Translations under genes and position numbers: made by a program
Virus record (IMG/VR): IMGVR_UViG_3300047554_000303
Coordinates: 27,621-91,620 of that record
Reading direction: 5' to 3' (one strand)
Source of the DNA: a virus
DNA length: 64,000 bases
The notes under the pieces: generated by a model
What the model was told of the DNA's origin: nothing
Seen by the model: the letters and a program-made list of their open reading frames with translations, nothing else
Databases searched by the model: none
Shown: one piece after another, positions 1 through 6,978 of the stretch
How positions within the stretch are numbered: position 1 is the first letter of the stretch
Layout of the letters: each line of letters starts with the position of its first letter

Positions 1-1
1 T

Positions 2-1855
2 GACGGCTGCAATAACAACCTTTTCTGATTGTTCACGGACCTGAGGGGACATGTCTGCTCCCGCATTTCCAAGGGCGTTGAATACTTCAACTGCTGCTCC
101 AGCTACGTTTCCAATAAGCGGTATAGCCGCTAGTTCCTCGTCTAATACGATGTCGTCTGCCTGAGCCGCTACTAATAGCAAGTCCAAAGCAGCCTCATAC
201 TCTTCAGAGCCTTGCTCTGCAGTCTCAAATGTTTCCAGAGCGATACTTACCAAGACACCAACCTGCTCCTCAGTTAGAGTGGTCGGATTGATGTTTTCTA
301 TAACGGCTACAACATCTTCGATTGGAGTATCAGATGTTAAATCTTCTGGAGTTTCTGGAGCAGGCTCAGGCTTGGGTTCGGGACGTGGTTCTGGTGTCGG
401 GTCTACTGTGGGGGCTGGTTCTGGCTCTTCAGGAACTGGCTCAGGAGTAGGCGATGGTTGAGGCGTTTCTGTGGGTTCTGATTCTGGGGTATCTACTGGG
501 GTGGGGGTTGGAGTCGTGGTCGGAGAAGGTTCTGGCTCGGGACTCGGCGTCGGTTCTGGCTCAACGGGCACTGATTCTGTCACGGGTTCTGGGGTCGTTT
601 CTGGACTCGGCTCTACTGGCTGCGGCACTACTGGTTCTGGCGCTGGTGTTGGTTCAGGGTCTGGGGTAGGCTCAGGTGTTTGTATGGGGGTAGGTTCGGG
701 GGATACAGTCACGACTGACGATTGAGTAGGCTCAAACTGTCTAGCCCAGTCATTTGCATCTTGTAAAGCTCTGTCTGTCTCTGCTTGAGCTTGTTGGGCT
801 TGCTCTTCGGGGCTTAATACTGGAGGAGGAGTAGGCTCCACAGGTATTGGAGTAACAATAGCCTGTGCGTATTCAAAGTCCACTACAAGCTTCTTGTACC
901 ATCCAGGACAAGGGTCTCCGAACGTTCCGTTATCCGAACTTAGAACTCCTGATGTTTGACCTATAACGGCGGTTGCTACAATCGTGGACACTTCTACTCC
1001 ACAGTCACTATCATGAGCCACATACCTAGCCACTACTCCAGAAACCACCATGCCCTCTGGCGCTTGAAACTCAAGTGTGTTACCCTCATTAATTACGTAA
1101 TCCCACACAGGAGGCAAAGGTGTACTTGGTTCTGGTGAAGAAGTTGGTTCTGTGGAAGGTGACTCTGTCACTTCTTCTGACACTGACGGCAATTCTGGCT
1201 GTGGCTCTGGCGAGCTGGTGGACTCAGGAGTTGGCGATAGGGTTTCTGACTCTGATGCTTCTGGGCTCACAGATGGGTCTTCTGTGGGACTGGGGCTCTC
1301 AGAAGGCACTTCGGGAGATTCGGATAGTTCAGTAGATGGGGAAGACGTTTCTGAGCTGGTTGATGACAAATCAGGTGACGAAGTGGGTTCTGGTGATGCC
1401 GACTCTGATGTTGGCTCTGGGGTTGGTGTATTTGTGGGTTCGGGCGCAGGAGTTCCTGTCACGACCACGTTCATAATCGGTCCGTAGAAACCTCCCCAAA
1501 ATCCTCGGTCAATGCCTTCTAAACGAACAGTCTGTGTTCCAGTAATCGTGTAGGTGTAAGTTCTAGCAGTGTGCTTCTCTGTGATTTCAAGAGTGTCTGA
1601 ACCTACGGTAATCTTGTAGGTGTCAATTACTTCACCATTTCCACCAATCTTGTTGGTGATGTCGTTAGTAACTGTGATAGCAATAGTTACGTCAGTAAAC
1701 TCACGCTGAGCGTAGCCCCATGAGTAGCTGAACTGCATAGTGTCGCCAGATAAGGCAACGTTGTAAGATGCTTGCCAAGAGGCTTGTGCTGGGGATGCTA
1801 AGAATAAAGAGCCGAATGCTAGGAATAGTGCTGCGAATATGCGCAGGTTTCTCAC
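2..1855 (-). CDS. Secreted/membrane surface protein (3'-partial): signal peptide, FBA-like sugar-binding domain, SUEL-type lectin domain, Pro/Thr/Glu-rich linkers
   Basis: Absent from the ORF track because it runs off the window. GTG at 1855 overlaps the upstream TGA. Translates MRNLRIFAALFLAFGSLFLASPAQA..., GIDRGFWGGFYGP, FGDPCPGWYKKL and PEP/PTP repeats; spot checks are in frame down to position 2. Confidence 0.75.
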   Translation of the reverse strand, partial: MRNLRIFAALFLAFGSLFLASPAQASWQASYNVALSGDTMQFSYSWGYAQREFTDVTIAITVTNDITNKIGGNGEVIDTYKITVGSDTLEITEKHTARTYTYTITGTQTVRLEGIDRGFWGGFYGPIMNVVVTGTPAPEPTNTPTPEPTSESASPEPTSSPDLSSTSSETSSPSTELSESPEVPSESPSPTEDPSVSPEASESETLSPTPESTSSPEPQPELPSVSEEVTESPSTEPTSSPEPSTPLPPVWDYVINEGNTLEFQAPEGMVVSGVVARYVAHDSDCGVEVSTIVATAVIGQTSGVLSSDNGTFGDPCPGWYKKLVVDFEYAQAIVTPIPVEPTPPPVLSPEEQAQQAQAETDRALQDANDWARQFEPTQSSVVTVSPEPTPIQTPEPTPDPEPTPAPEPVVPQPVEPSPETTPEPVTESVPVEPEPTPSPEPEPSPTTTPTPTPVDTPESEPTETPQPSPTPEPVPEEPEPAPTVDPTPEPRPEPKPEPAPETPEDLTSDTPIEDVVAVIENINPTTLTEEQVGVLVSIALETFETAEQGSEEYEAALDLLLVAAQADDIVLDEELAAIPLIGNVAGAAVEVFNALGNAGADMSPQVREQSEKVVIAAV

Positions 1856-2121
1856 TTCTTCTCGGCGGCTCCTTGCTCATCTAAGCCCTTGAGTTTCACC
1901 GTCTGCCTAAATGCAGCATTGATTTCGTCTAGTGTGAGTTTTCCATCTTCTAAGAAGGCTAGAGCAAGTAGCTCCACTACCTTAAATACTGCGAGGATAC
2001 CGCCCATAGCGGCTGCAACCCACAGTTCTACGCCCATAATTGAGCCTGCACCGATAACGCCCAGTGCAGATGCGACAAATGTAGCTACAACGCGTAGCAT
2101 TACATTTCCAAAAAGTTTCAT
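1852..2121 (-). CDS. Small membrane protein (holin-like, 2-3 TM)
   Basis: Hydrophobic helices and charged C-terminus. Confidence 0.5.
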   Translation of the reverse strand: MKLFGNVMLRVVATFVASALGVIGAGSIMGVELWVAAAMGGILAVFKVVELLALAFLEDGKLTLDEINAAFRQTVKLKGLDEQGAAEKK

Positions 2122-2169
2122 TCTCTCTCCTAAGTAATTGCACCGAGTTGTATTACTTATTAGAGAAAG

Positions 2170-2421
2170 TTACTGCTGAAAGCCCCCGAAGCCAGCGTCT
2201 GCCACTACGTTGCCCGCGGTAGTGTCTGCAGCTGGTTGATTGTTTGTGTTGGTGGCTGTACTCATTGCCCCGTAGTTAGTTGTCGAAGAGTACATCACTG
2301 GGTACTGCTGCCACCAAGGACTGTTAGGAACGTTGTTCCCACGAGTCTTTCCAGGTACCGCATTAAGCTCTAGCAAATACGGGACGAGCTGGTTATCTTC
2401 CCATGAAGGTCCAGGCATCAT
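2170..2421 (-). CDS. Hypothetical protein
   Basis: ORF coupled to the upstream acidic ORF by an ATGA overlap. Confidence 0.55.
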   Translation of the reverse strand: MMPGPSWEDNQLVPYLLELNAVPGKTRGNNVPNSPWWQQYPVMYSSTTNYGAMSTATNTNNQPAADTTAGNVVADAGFGGFQQ

Positions 2422-2561
2422 TCTTCGTCATCCCAAGTCTCGTACTCTTCTGCATCGAAGAGAGCATAGAGGAGGTCATCATCTAAGTCATCTCCGTCGA
2501 AATAGAAATCGTCGTAGTCATCTTCGAAGTCGAAGGGGTCCAAGGCGTCATTCCTACCCAT
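2418..2561 (-). CDS. 47-aa very acidic peptide
   Basis: MGRNDALDPFDFEDDYDDFYFDGDDLDDDLLYALFDAEEYETWDDEE; GAAACT hexamer 6 nt upstream of the ATG. Confidence 0.6.
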   Translation of the reverse strand: MGRNDALDPFDFEDDYDDFYFDGDDLDDDLLYALFDAEEYETWDDEE

Positions 2562-2603
2562 GATGGTAGTTTCTCACGATTTATAGGGTATTACACTCTA
2601 AAG

Positions 2604-2676
2604 TCCCTGCGGTCAGATTCGAACTGACACTTTTACGATTTTAAGTCGCTTGCCTCTACCGTTGGGCTACGCAGGG
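2604..2676 (-). tRNA. tRNA-Leu(UAA), short variable loop, no encoded CCA
   Basis: Acceptor CCCTGCG/CGCAGGG, anticodon loop CTTAAAA, T arm GTCAG-TTCGAAT-CTGAC, discriminator A. Confidence 0.9.
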
Positions 2677-2682
2677 TGCTAC

Positions 2683-3312
2683 CTAGTCTATGTCTAGATA
2701 GCGTCGAATAGTGGACTTGTAGGTGACCAAGCTTGGGTGGTCTAGAGGCAGAACCTCAGTCGACCTTCCAGGCTTGAAGCCTGCGTGGACAATTAGTCCA
2801 TCACCTACGTAAATACTGGAGTGAAAGTATCCAGATGAATTACCAAATACGATGATGTCTCCTATTTGGGGCTTTTCCACCTCAGTGCCTAGCTTGGCTT
2901 GCTTAGCGGCAGAGTGGGGTAGTTCTACGCCCATTTCTCCGTAAGCCCAAGTGACTAGGCCTGAGCAGTCCCATCCAAGTGGCGTAGAGCCACTGAAGAC
3001 GTATCTGGTCTTTCCTACACGGTCTAGTACTGCTGTAACCATTGCTTCTAGTTCAGCTCTGTTAGAGACCTTCTGCTGCTCATACACCGCAGCTAGTTTG
3101 TTCTTCCTAACAACAGTTAGGGCGTCTGCCTCCGCTTTCGCAGAAGCTAGCTTTGCATCTTGTTCTAGTTGTGTTACTGCAGTCTTCGTTCCTAGCGGAG
3201 TGCTGTACTCCACCACTGGAAGTTCAACTGTTGTTCTTGTTTCCTGGGCGATTGCCGCTCCCGAAAGCGCCAGCAGGGATGAAACAGTAATGATTATTAC
3301 TGACCTCTTCAT
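2683..3312 (-). CDS. NlpC/P60 family peptidoglycan endopeptidase with signal peptide
   Basis: YVFSG...GWDCSGLV...GDIIVF...HSSIYVGDGLIVHA motifs. Confidence 0.92.
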   Translation of the reverse strand: MKRSVIIITVSSLLALSGAAIAQETRTTVELPVVEYSTPLGTKTAVTQLEQDAKLASAKAEADALTVVRKNKLAAVYEQQKVSNRAELEAMVTAVLDRVGKTRYVFSGSTPLGWDCSGLVTWAYGEMGVELPHSAAKQAKLGTEVEKPQIGDIIVFGNSSGYFHSSIYVGDGLIVHAGFKPGRSTEVLPLDHPSLVTYKSTIRRYLDID

Positions 3313-3418
3313 TTAGCGACCTACCTTTCCTTGCGTTAGTACTTGGTCGTTTATTGTTGAGCGATATTAAGTTGTGAGGCCCTAGCCTAGTAGAAATTAA
3401 CCTGCAGTTCAACTAGAC

Positions 3419-3454
3419 AAAAAGAAACCCCGCTAGTTTTAGTAGCGGGGTCTT
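3419..3454 (-). terminator. Intrinsic terminator
   Basis: ACCCCGCTA/TAGCGGGGT stem followed by TTCTTTTT on the minus strand. Confidence 0.75.
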
Positions 3455-3472
3455 AGGGGTAGAAACAGGCTG

Positions 3473-3643
3473 TTAGGCGTCTTTGCCCCAGCCTCCGCCC
3501 TTAAAAGTAACGGCTCCAACAGAGAACTTCTTACGACGAGCTATTGCACAAGTAGCGCAGATGATTACTGGGGAATCGGTAATTGGGTGCGAAATCTCAA
3601 CGACTGATTTGCACGTAGGACACTCATACTCGTAGCTAGCCAC
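3473..3643 (-). CDS. FmdB-family zinc-ribbon protein
   Basis: YEYECPTC...CATC...FKGGGW; GTG start after AAAGGAG. Confidence 0.85.
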   Translation of the reverse strand: MASYEYECPTCKSVVEISHPITDSPVIICATCAIARRKKFSVGAVTFKGGGWGKDA

Positions 3644-3659
3644 ATTTCTCCTTTGCACG

Positions 3660-3725
3660 TGGACTGTGTAGGAGTCGAACCTACAACTGGTTGAAAGGAA
3701 ACAAAAGACCCAGCACCCTCAGCCC
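3660..3725 (-). ncRNA. D-armless tRNA-like RNA with G3.U70 pair and an anti-SD loop
   Basis: GGGCTG/CAGTCC acceptor stem plus A; T arm GTAGG-TTCGACT-CCTAC; GCTGG/CCAGT stem closing a U/C-rich loop. Confidence 0.7.
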
Positions 3726-3731
3726 TAGTAA

Positions 3732-3820
3732 ATAGAGGCAGGGACAAGACCGAAGACGTAATCGAAGTTTTTGTTAGATTAATAGGTTAGTTATTAATTT
3801 AACCTTGTCCCTACCGCTAT
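3732..3820 (-). ncRNA. Candidate small structured RNA
   Basis: 12-bp stem GGTAGGGACAAG/CTTGTCCCTGCC enclosing an inner ATTAATA/TATTAAT hairpin. Confidence 0.5.
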
Positions 3821-3825
3821 TTAGT

Positions 3826-4050
3826 TTACTTTACTTCCTCCTCGGCCACATCAACCGATTCAGAAGTGTACCCAGAATACTCCAAAGCGCAGAGAGCGTG
3901 ATACGACACGCTGAAAAACTCTGACGCTTGTGGAAGCAGGTCTAGGACGTAAGCCCCCTCCTTGCCGTAGGTCTGACCCAAGTATTCCTCTAGAGCTGGA
4001 CCGAACACCTCTAGGAAACGGCTTGGGGTCATGGCTTTGTTAATGTCCAT
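3826..4050 (-). CDS. Hypothetical protein
   Basis: TAATG coupling to hsp20. Confidence 0.65.
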   Translation of the reverse strand: MDINKAMTPSRFLEVFGPALEEYLGQTYGKEGAYVLDLLPQASEFFSVSYHALCALEYSGYTSESVDVAEEEVK

Positions 4051-4577
4051 TAGCTAATCTCAATCTGCTTAGGCTTCTTCTCCTCAGGGAGCTCAAGCTC
4101 TAGCTTAATGGTTAGTAGTCCGTCTTCAAGCTTGGCGCTCTTTACCTCAATGTACTCTGCAATAGCAAAGGTAGTGGTGAAGTTACGCTGAGCGATGCCG
4201 TGGTGGATTACCTGACCGTACTGTCCCTCTTCAGGGATGTCGTTGCGGTCTTCGATGTCTGAGCGCACCGTGAGTACACGGTCCTTTACAAACACCTCTA
4301 CTTCTTCCTTCTTGAACCCAGCAAGCGCCATGGTGATGGTGTAGCTGTCACCAGACTTAGTTAGGTTGTATGGAGGGAAGGAAGGCTTGTGCTGTGCTAG
4401 CTCTGTAAGGGTGTTGAACACAGAGTCATAGCCGATACCCCAACGGTCAATGTTGGGAAATAGGGAGTAAATAGTGGCAGGCTTCTGGTCTACTTTAGGT
4501 AAAGTTTTGTAAGGCTGCTTGTTTGGGTAGTGGGCATCCTTGTCCCACGGCTGGATTTCAAATGGATTTCTGGACAT
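4050..4577 (-). CDS. Small heat-shock protein (Hsp20/IbpA-like)
   Basis: FPPYNL...MALAGF...HHGIAQRNF...AKLEDGLLTI...IEI alpha-crystallin motifs. Confidence 0.95.
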   Translation of the reverse strand: MSRNPFEIQPWDKDAHYPNKQPYKTLPKVDQKPATIYSLFPNIDRWGIGYDSVFNTLTELAQHKPSFPPYNLTKSGDSYTITMALAGFKKEEVEVFVKDRVLTVRSDIEDRNDIPEEGQYGQVIHHGIAQRNFTTTFAIAEYIEVKSAKLEDGLLTIKLELELPEEKKPKQIEIS

Positions 4578-4677
4578 AGTATCTCTTTCTAGACGATACG
4601 TGCCTCAAGCATCCCTGCCCGAAGCACAGGTTGTGTATGAACACCCAGTTGGCGTGTTCGATAACAGTATACACAAC
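4578..4677 (-). promoter_or_regulatory. hsp20 promoter and structured 5' leader
   Basis: Extended -10 TGTGTATACT; hairpins GAACAC/GTGTTC and CCTGT/GCAGG; GTTGTGTAT/ATACACAAC inverted repeat. Confidence 0.5.
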
Positions 4678-4710
4678 TTTCAATAAATGGTGTATAAAGT
4701 CTGTTTAATG

Positions 4711-4750
4711 AAAATGGGGCCAGACCTGCCGCAGCAATGGGTCTGGCCCC
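4711..4750 (-). terminator. Intrinsic terminator closing the ncRNA/tRNA-Trp transcript
   Basis: GGGGCCAGACC/GGTCTGGCCCC stem followed by ATTTT on the minus strand. Confidence 0.65.
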
Positions 4751-4751
4751 C

Positions 4752-4940
4752 AGCCGTTAGGTCTTGCGGTTACTCGGATTGCTCTCTGCATAGCCGTAAA
4801 CGGGTTTGTTAGTTCTATCTTACAACTTAATCTCTTGCGAGGTGCTGAACAATTACGAACCGCAGGTGTAAGTCTAGGAAGCAATCCCGTGGTTGGCCTA
4901 ATGCCTGTAATCAGGTTTAACCAACCAAGTGCGGTTGCTT
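4752..4940 (-). ncRNA. Candidate ~190-nt multi-helix structured RNA
   Basis: Long-range complementarities AACCGCA/TGCGGTT, GGATTGCT/AGCAATCC and CTTACA/TGTAAG, plus a GGTTGG..CCAACC hairpin; no ORF. Confidence 0.45.
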
Positions 4941-4942
4941 CG

Positions 4943-5010
4943 CACCCCGACTAAGAATCGAACTTAGCAAGACAAGTTTTGGAGGCTCGTCCGTACCCAG
5001 TACTCAAGGC
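4943..5010 (-). tRNA. Atypical tRNA-Trp(CCA) with minimal D arm
   Basis: Acceptor GCCTTGA/TCGGGGT, D arm GTAC-TGG-GTAC, loop CTCCAAA, T arm CTAAG-TTCGATT-CTTAG, discriminator G. Confidence 0.75.
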
Positions 5011-5129
5011 GTAGTATGACTCAGGGCCCGACTGTTACGTCTGCGGCCCTGAGTGCTCACATTAGTTAGTGTAGCAAACCGAGTGGACTAAGTGTGTAGT
5101 TTCCCACACGCCGTGTTCGGCTTTGCCGT

Positions 5130-5178
5130 GGGCAGTCAGGCGACGAAACCTGAATTACGCCCTCGTCTAGGCCTGCCC
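5130..5178 (-). ncRNA. Three-way-junction RNA with complementary loops
   Basis: GGGCAG/CTGCCC, GCCT/GGGC and TCAGG/CCTGA stems; loops contain GACGA and TCGTC. Confidence 0.5.
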
Positions 5179-5299
5179 TATTCCGATACGCACCTCGGAA
5201 AAACAGTGTCAGGTTATCTGCAGTTCGCCTGAACGGATATGTGACCTACACCAAAAGGGGAAAAGGTGTTATCATGGATAACCCCGTCGTTCATACCTT

Positions 5300-5407
5300 T
5301 TATTTTACTTCTTTATTGTGGCACCTGCAACTGCAAAGTGCAGTACTGCCCTCACCAGGGCAATTCTTGTGGTCGTTCTCTGAGCACCATCCAAACATTC
5401 CAGTCAC
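5300..5407 (-). CDS. Small Cys/His metal-binding peptide
   Basis: GWC...H..C...CSCRCH; GTG start after GGAG. Confidence 0.55.
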   Translation of the reverse strand: MTGMFGWCSENDHKNCPGEGSTALCSCRCHNKEVK

Positions 5408-5423
5408 CTTTACTCCAGACCAC

Positions 5424-5648
5424 TCACTGGTTCTGGAGCCTCTTGATTTCGTCGTTGATGTAGAAGATGGCTTTTTCAAGGTCTTGGATGTGGGTGTCTT
5501 CATTCTTTATACCTGCCCTCCACAGATACTTCATAGCATTACCGATGTTGTAGTTACGGTGGCGTAGCACCGTAATAGCCTCTACGCCTGAGGGGTCGCT
5601 GGTGTAGTGAGGCGGGTGGTTTACCATGTCAGTCACTTCTGCGCTCAT
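5424..5648 (-). CDS. DUF3310-family protein (T7 gp1.7-like nucleotide kinase domain)
   Basis: VNHPPHY...NAMKYLWRAGIK...DLEKAIFYI. Confidence 0.85.
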   Translation of the reverse strand: MSAEVTDMVNHPPHYTSDPSGVEAITVLRHRNYNIGNAMKYLWRAGIKNEDTHIQDLEKAIFYINDEIKRLQNQ

Positions 5649-5767
5649 TTGTTAAACGACCACCAAATCAAAGCACGAACGGCAAGCCAACCTACGACTA
5701 GATAAAGCCAACCGCCATCTAGTGCCCAATCAGTAAACCCAATCATGATGGGTCTCAAGTCAATCAC
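5645..5767 (-). CDS. Small membrane peptide
   Basis: GTGA-coupled to the IKGEQK ORF; one hydrophobic helix. Confidence 0.5.
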   Translation of the reverse strand: MIDLRPIMIGFTDWALDGGWLYLVVGWLAVRALIWWSFNK

Positions 5768-6069
5768 TTCTGCTCTCCTTTGATTAGTGCGATTAGCAAC
5801 CCTAAGTGGTGCGGGGAAGTGCAGAGGTTTTCTGAATGGTGAGAGCCATCTAATACGCAGTTATGTTTCTCTAGCAGCTTGATAATGCGCTCTTCAGTGC
5901 GCTTCTCTGCCTGAATCTCAGCCCTAGCAATTTTGGTCTCAATCATCGCAATTAGTGCGTGGGGTGCATCTAGCAGGTCATTAGCCCAGTGCTCAGCGAG
6001 AGCCTTATCCTCAGCTTCAGATAGTTCTGCGTATTCGTCTGAGTGCATCCACTCAAGCCACTTGTTCAT
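5764..6069 (-). CDS. Hypothetical protein with ERIIKLLE...IKGEQK module
   Basis: C-terminal module shared with 19392-19610. Confidence 0.75.
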   Translation of the reverse strand: MNKWLEWMHSDEYAELSEAEDKALAEHWANDLLDAPHALIAMIETKIARAEIQAEKRTEERIIKLLEKHNCVLDGSHHSENLCTSPHHLGLLIALIKGEQK

Positions 6070-6077
6070 TCCCGCTC

Positions 6078-6245
6078 CTAATCAAAGTCCCAGATGAAAT
6101 CCTCTGGGTTGCCTACGGTGCGAGTATAGTCAGAGCCTCCGTCAATAGCAATTGCGCGACACCTGCACTCCACGAAGTCGTGTCGGTGCTGTGAGAAGAT
6201 GACGTCAAGACATCTGGCGCACATTACCTTAGGCCCCGACTTCAC
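6078..6245 (-). CDS. Small zinc-binding protein
   Basis: CARC.DVIFSQHRHDFVECRC.AIAIDGG; below the ORF-track cutoff. Confidence 0.7.
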   Translation of the reverse strand: MKSGPKVMCARCLDVIFSQHRHDFVECRCRAIAIDGGSDYTRTVGNPEDFIWDFD

Positions 6246-6735
6246 TCTTCAGCCTCTCTACGAAAGCGTCTAGTCGCATCATGTGCTCTTTGGGGACTAC
6301 GTACCAGGTGTCGGTAAACCCACGCACATGGTCGAATGTAGTGGTGGTCTGCCAGTGCTCTCGGCTCTCAGGGGGGATAACCATAATCTTGCCAGTCTGC
6401 TGGCTCACTAGCAGCACAGCCAGGGGCTTCTCTAGCTTCTGCTCCCACCCGCTGACTGTGTCAACAAATGCAGTCTCAAAAGGGTAGGTGAAAGGATGGT
6501 AATGAAAATTGAGTCGTCTGGACTTAACTTCGAAGTGCCCTGAGCCATCTAGCAAGACAACATCGCGGTCGTGCTCAGTGAACTCTTTGATTTCGGCCTC
6601 AGTTTGGGCGACACGCATTTCAGTGGCTTCGCAGGGGATTCCCATAGCGTTTAGCTCTGCTGCAACGTGCTCAGCCCACTTACTACCTATAGCTAGTTCT
6701 TGGAGGAACAGTTCTCGGCGCATTGTAAATGTCAT
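6229..6735 (-). CDS. PD-(D/E)xK nuclease-like protein
   Basis: D..VL...FEVKSR motif; leaderless TATAGT promoter. Confidence 0.55.
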   Translation of the reverse strand: MTFTMRRELFLQELAIGSKWAEHVAAELNAMGIPCEATEMRVAQTEAEIKEFTEHDRDVVLLDGSGHFEVKSRRLNFHYHPFTYPFETAFVDTVSGWEQKLEKPLAVLLVSQQTGKIMVIPPESREHWQTTTTFDHVRGFTDTWYVVPKEHMMRLDAFVERLKSEVGA

Positions 6736-6750
6736 GCGCCCACTATAGCA

Positions 6751-6978
6751 CTATGCCCAGTGAGAAGGGTTTACTGGATTGCCGTCGTTGTCGTATGCAG
6801 CTAGGTCTGGATTCTTAGCAGCCCACTTAGCAGAAGTAGACCATTGAGCTGGGTTGAGGTTCTGGTTACGCTTCGCAGCTTCTTTACCAGCAGTTGTTCC
6901 GAGGGCCGCCAATTTTTTGTCACGCTTACGGATGTTAGAAACCGCTTTACGGTATCGACCTTCAAGACCCATGGTCAC
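6751..6978 (-). CDS. Small basic hypothetical protein (NLNPAQW motif)
   Basis: ORF track; motif shared with neighbours. Confidence 0.6.
   Translation of the reverse strand: MTMGLEGRYRKAVSNIRKRDKKLAALGTTAGKEAAKRNQNLNPAQWSTSAKWAAKNPDLAAYDNDGNPVNPSHWA

Noticed and set aside
340-720. Short repeated units resembling a tandem or CRISPR-like array
   Set aside because: They are codon repeats for PEP/PTP linkers; there is no constant repeat with unique spacers, and no CRISPR array was seen in the window
279-1487. Plus-strand Gly/Ser/Val-rich ORFs
   Set aside because: Antisense shadows of the Pro/Thr/Glu-rich minus-strand gene at 2-1855
3660-3725. Full tmRNA, or a plus-strand RBS for a hidden gene
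   Set aside because: No tag reading frame or pseudoknots, and no start codon follows the plus-strand GAAAGGAAAC
4752-4940. HDV-like (theta) ribozyme downstream of tRNA-Trp
   Set aside because: The helix order is superficially similar, but I could not find the P3/L3, P1.1 and catalytic-C elements; kept only as an unknown structured RNA
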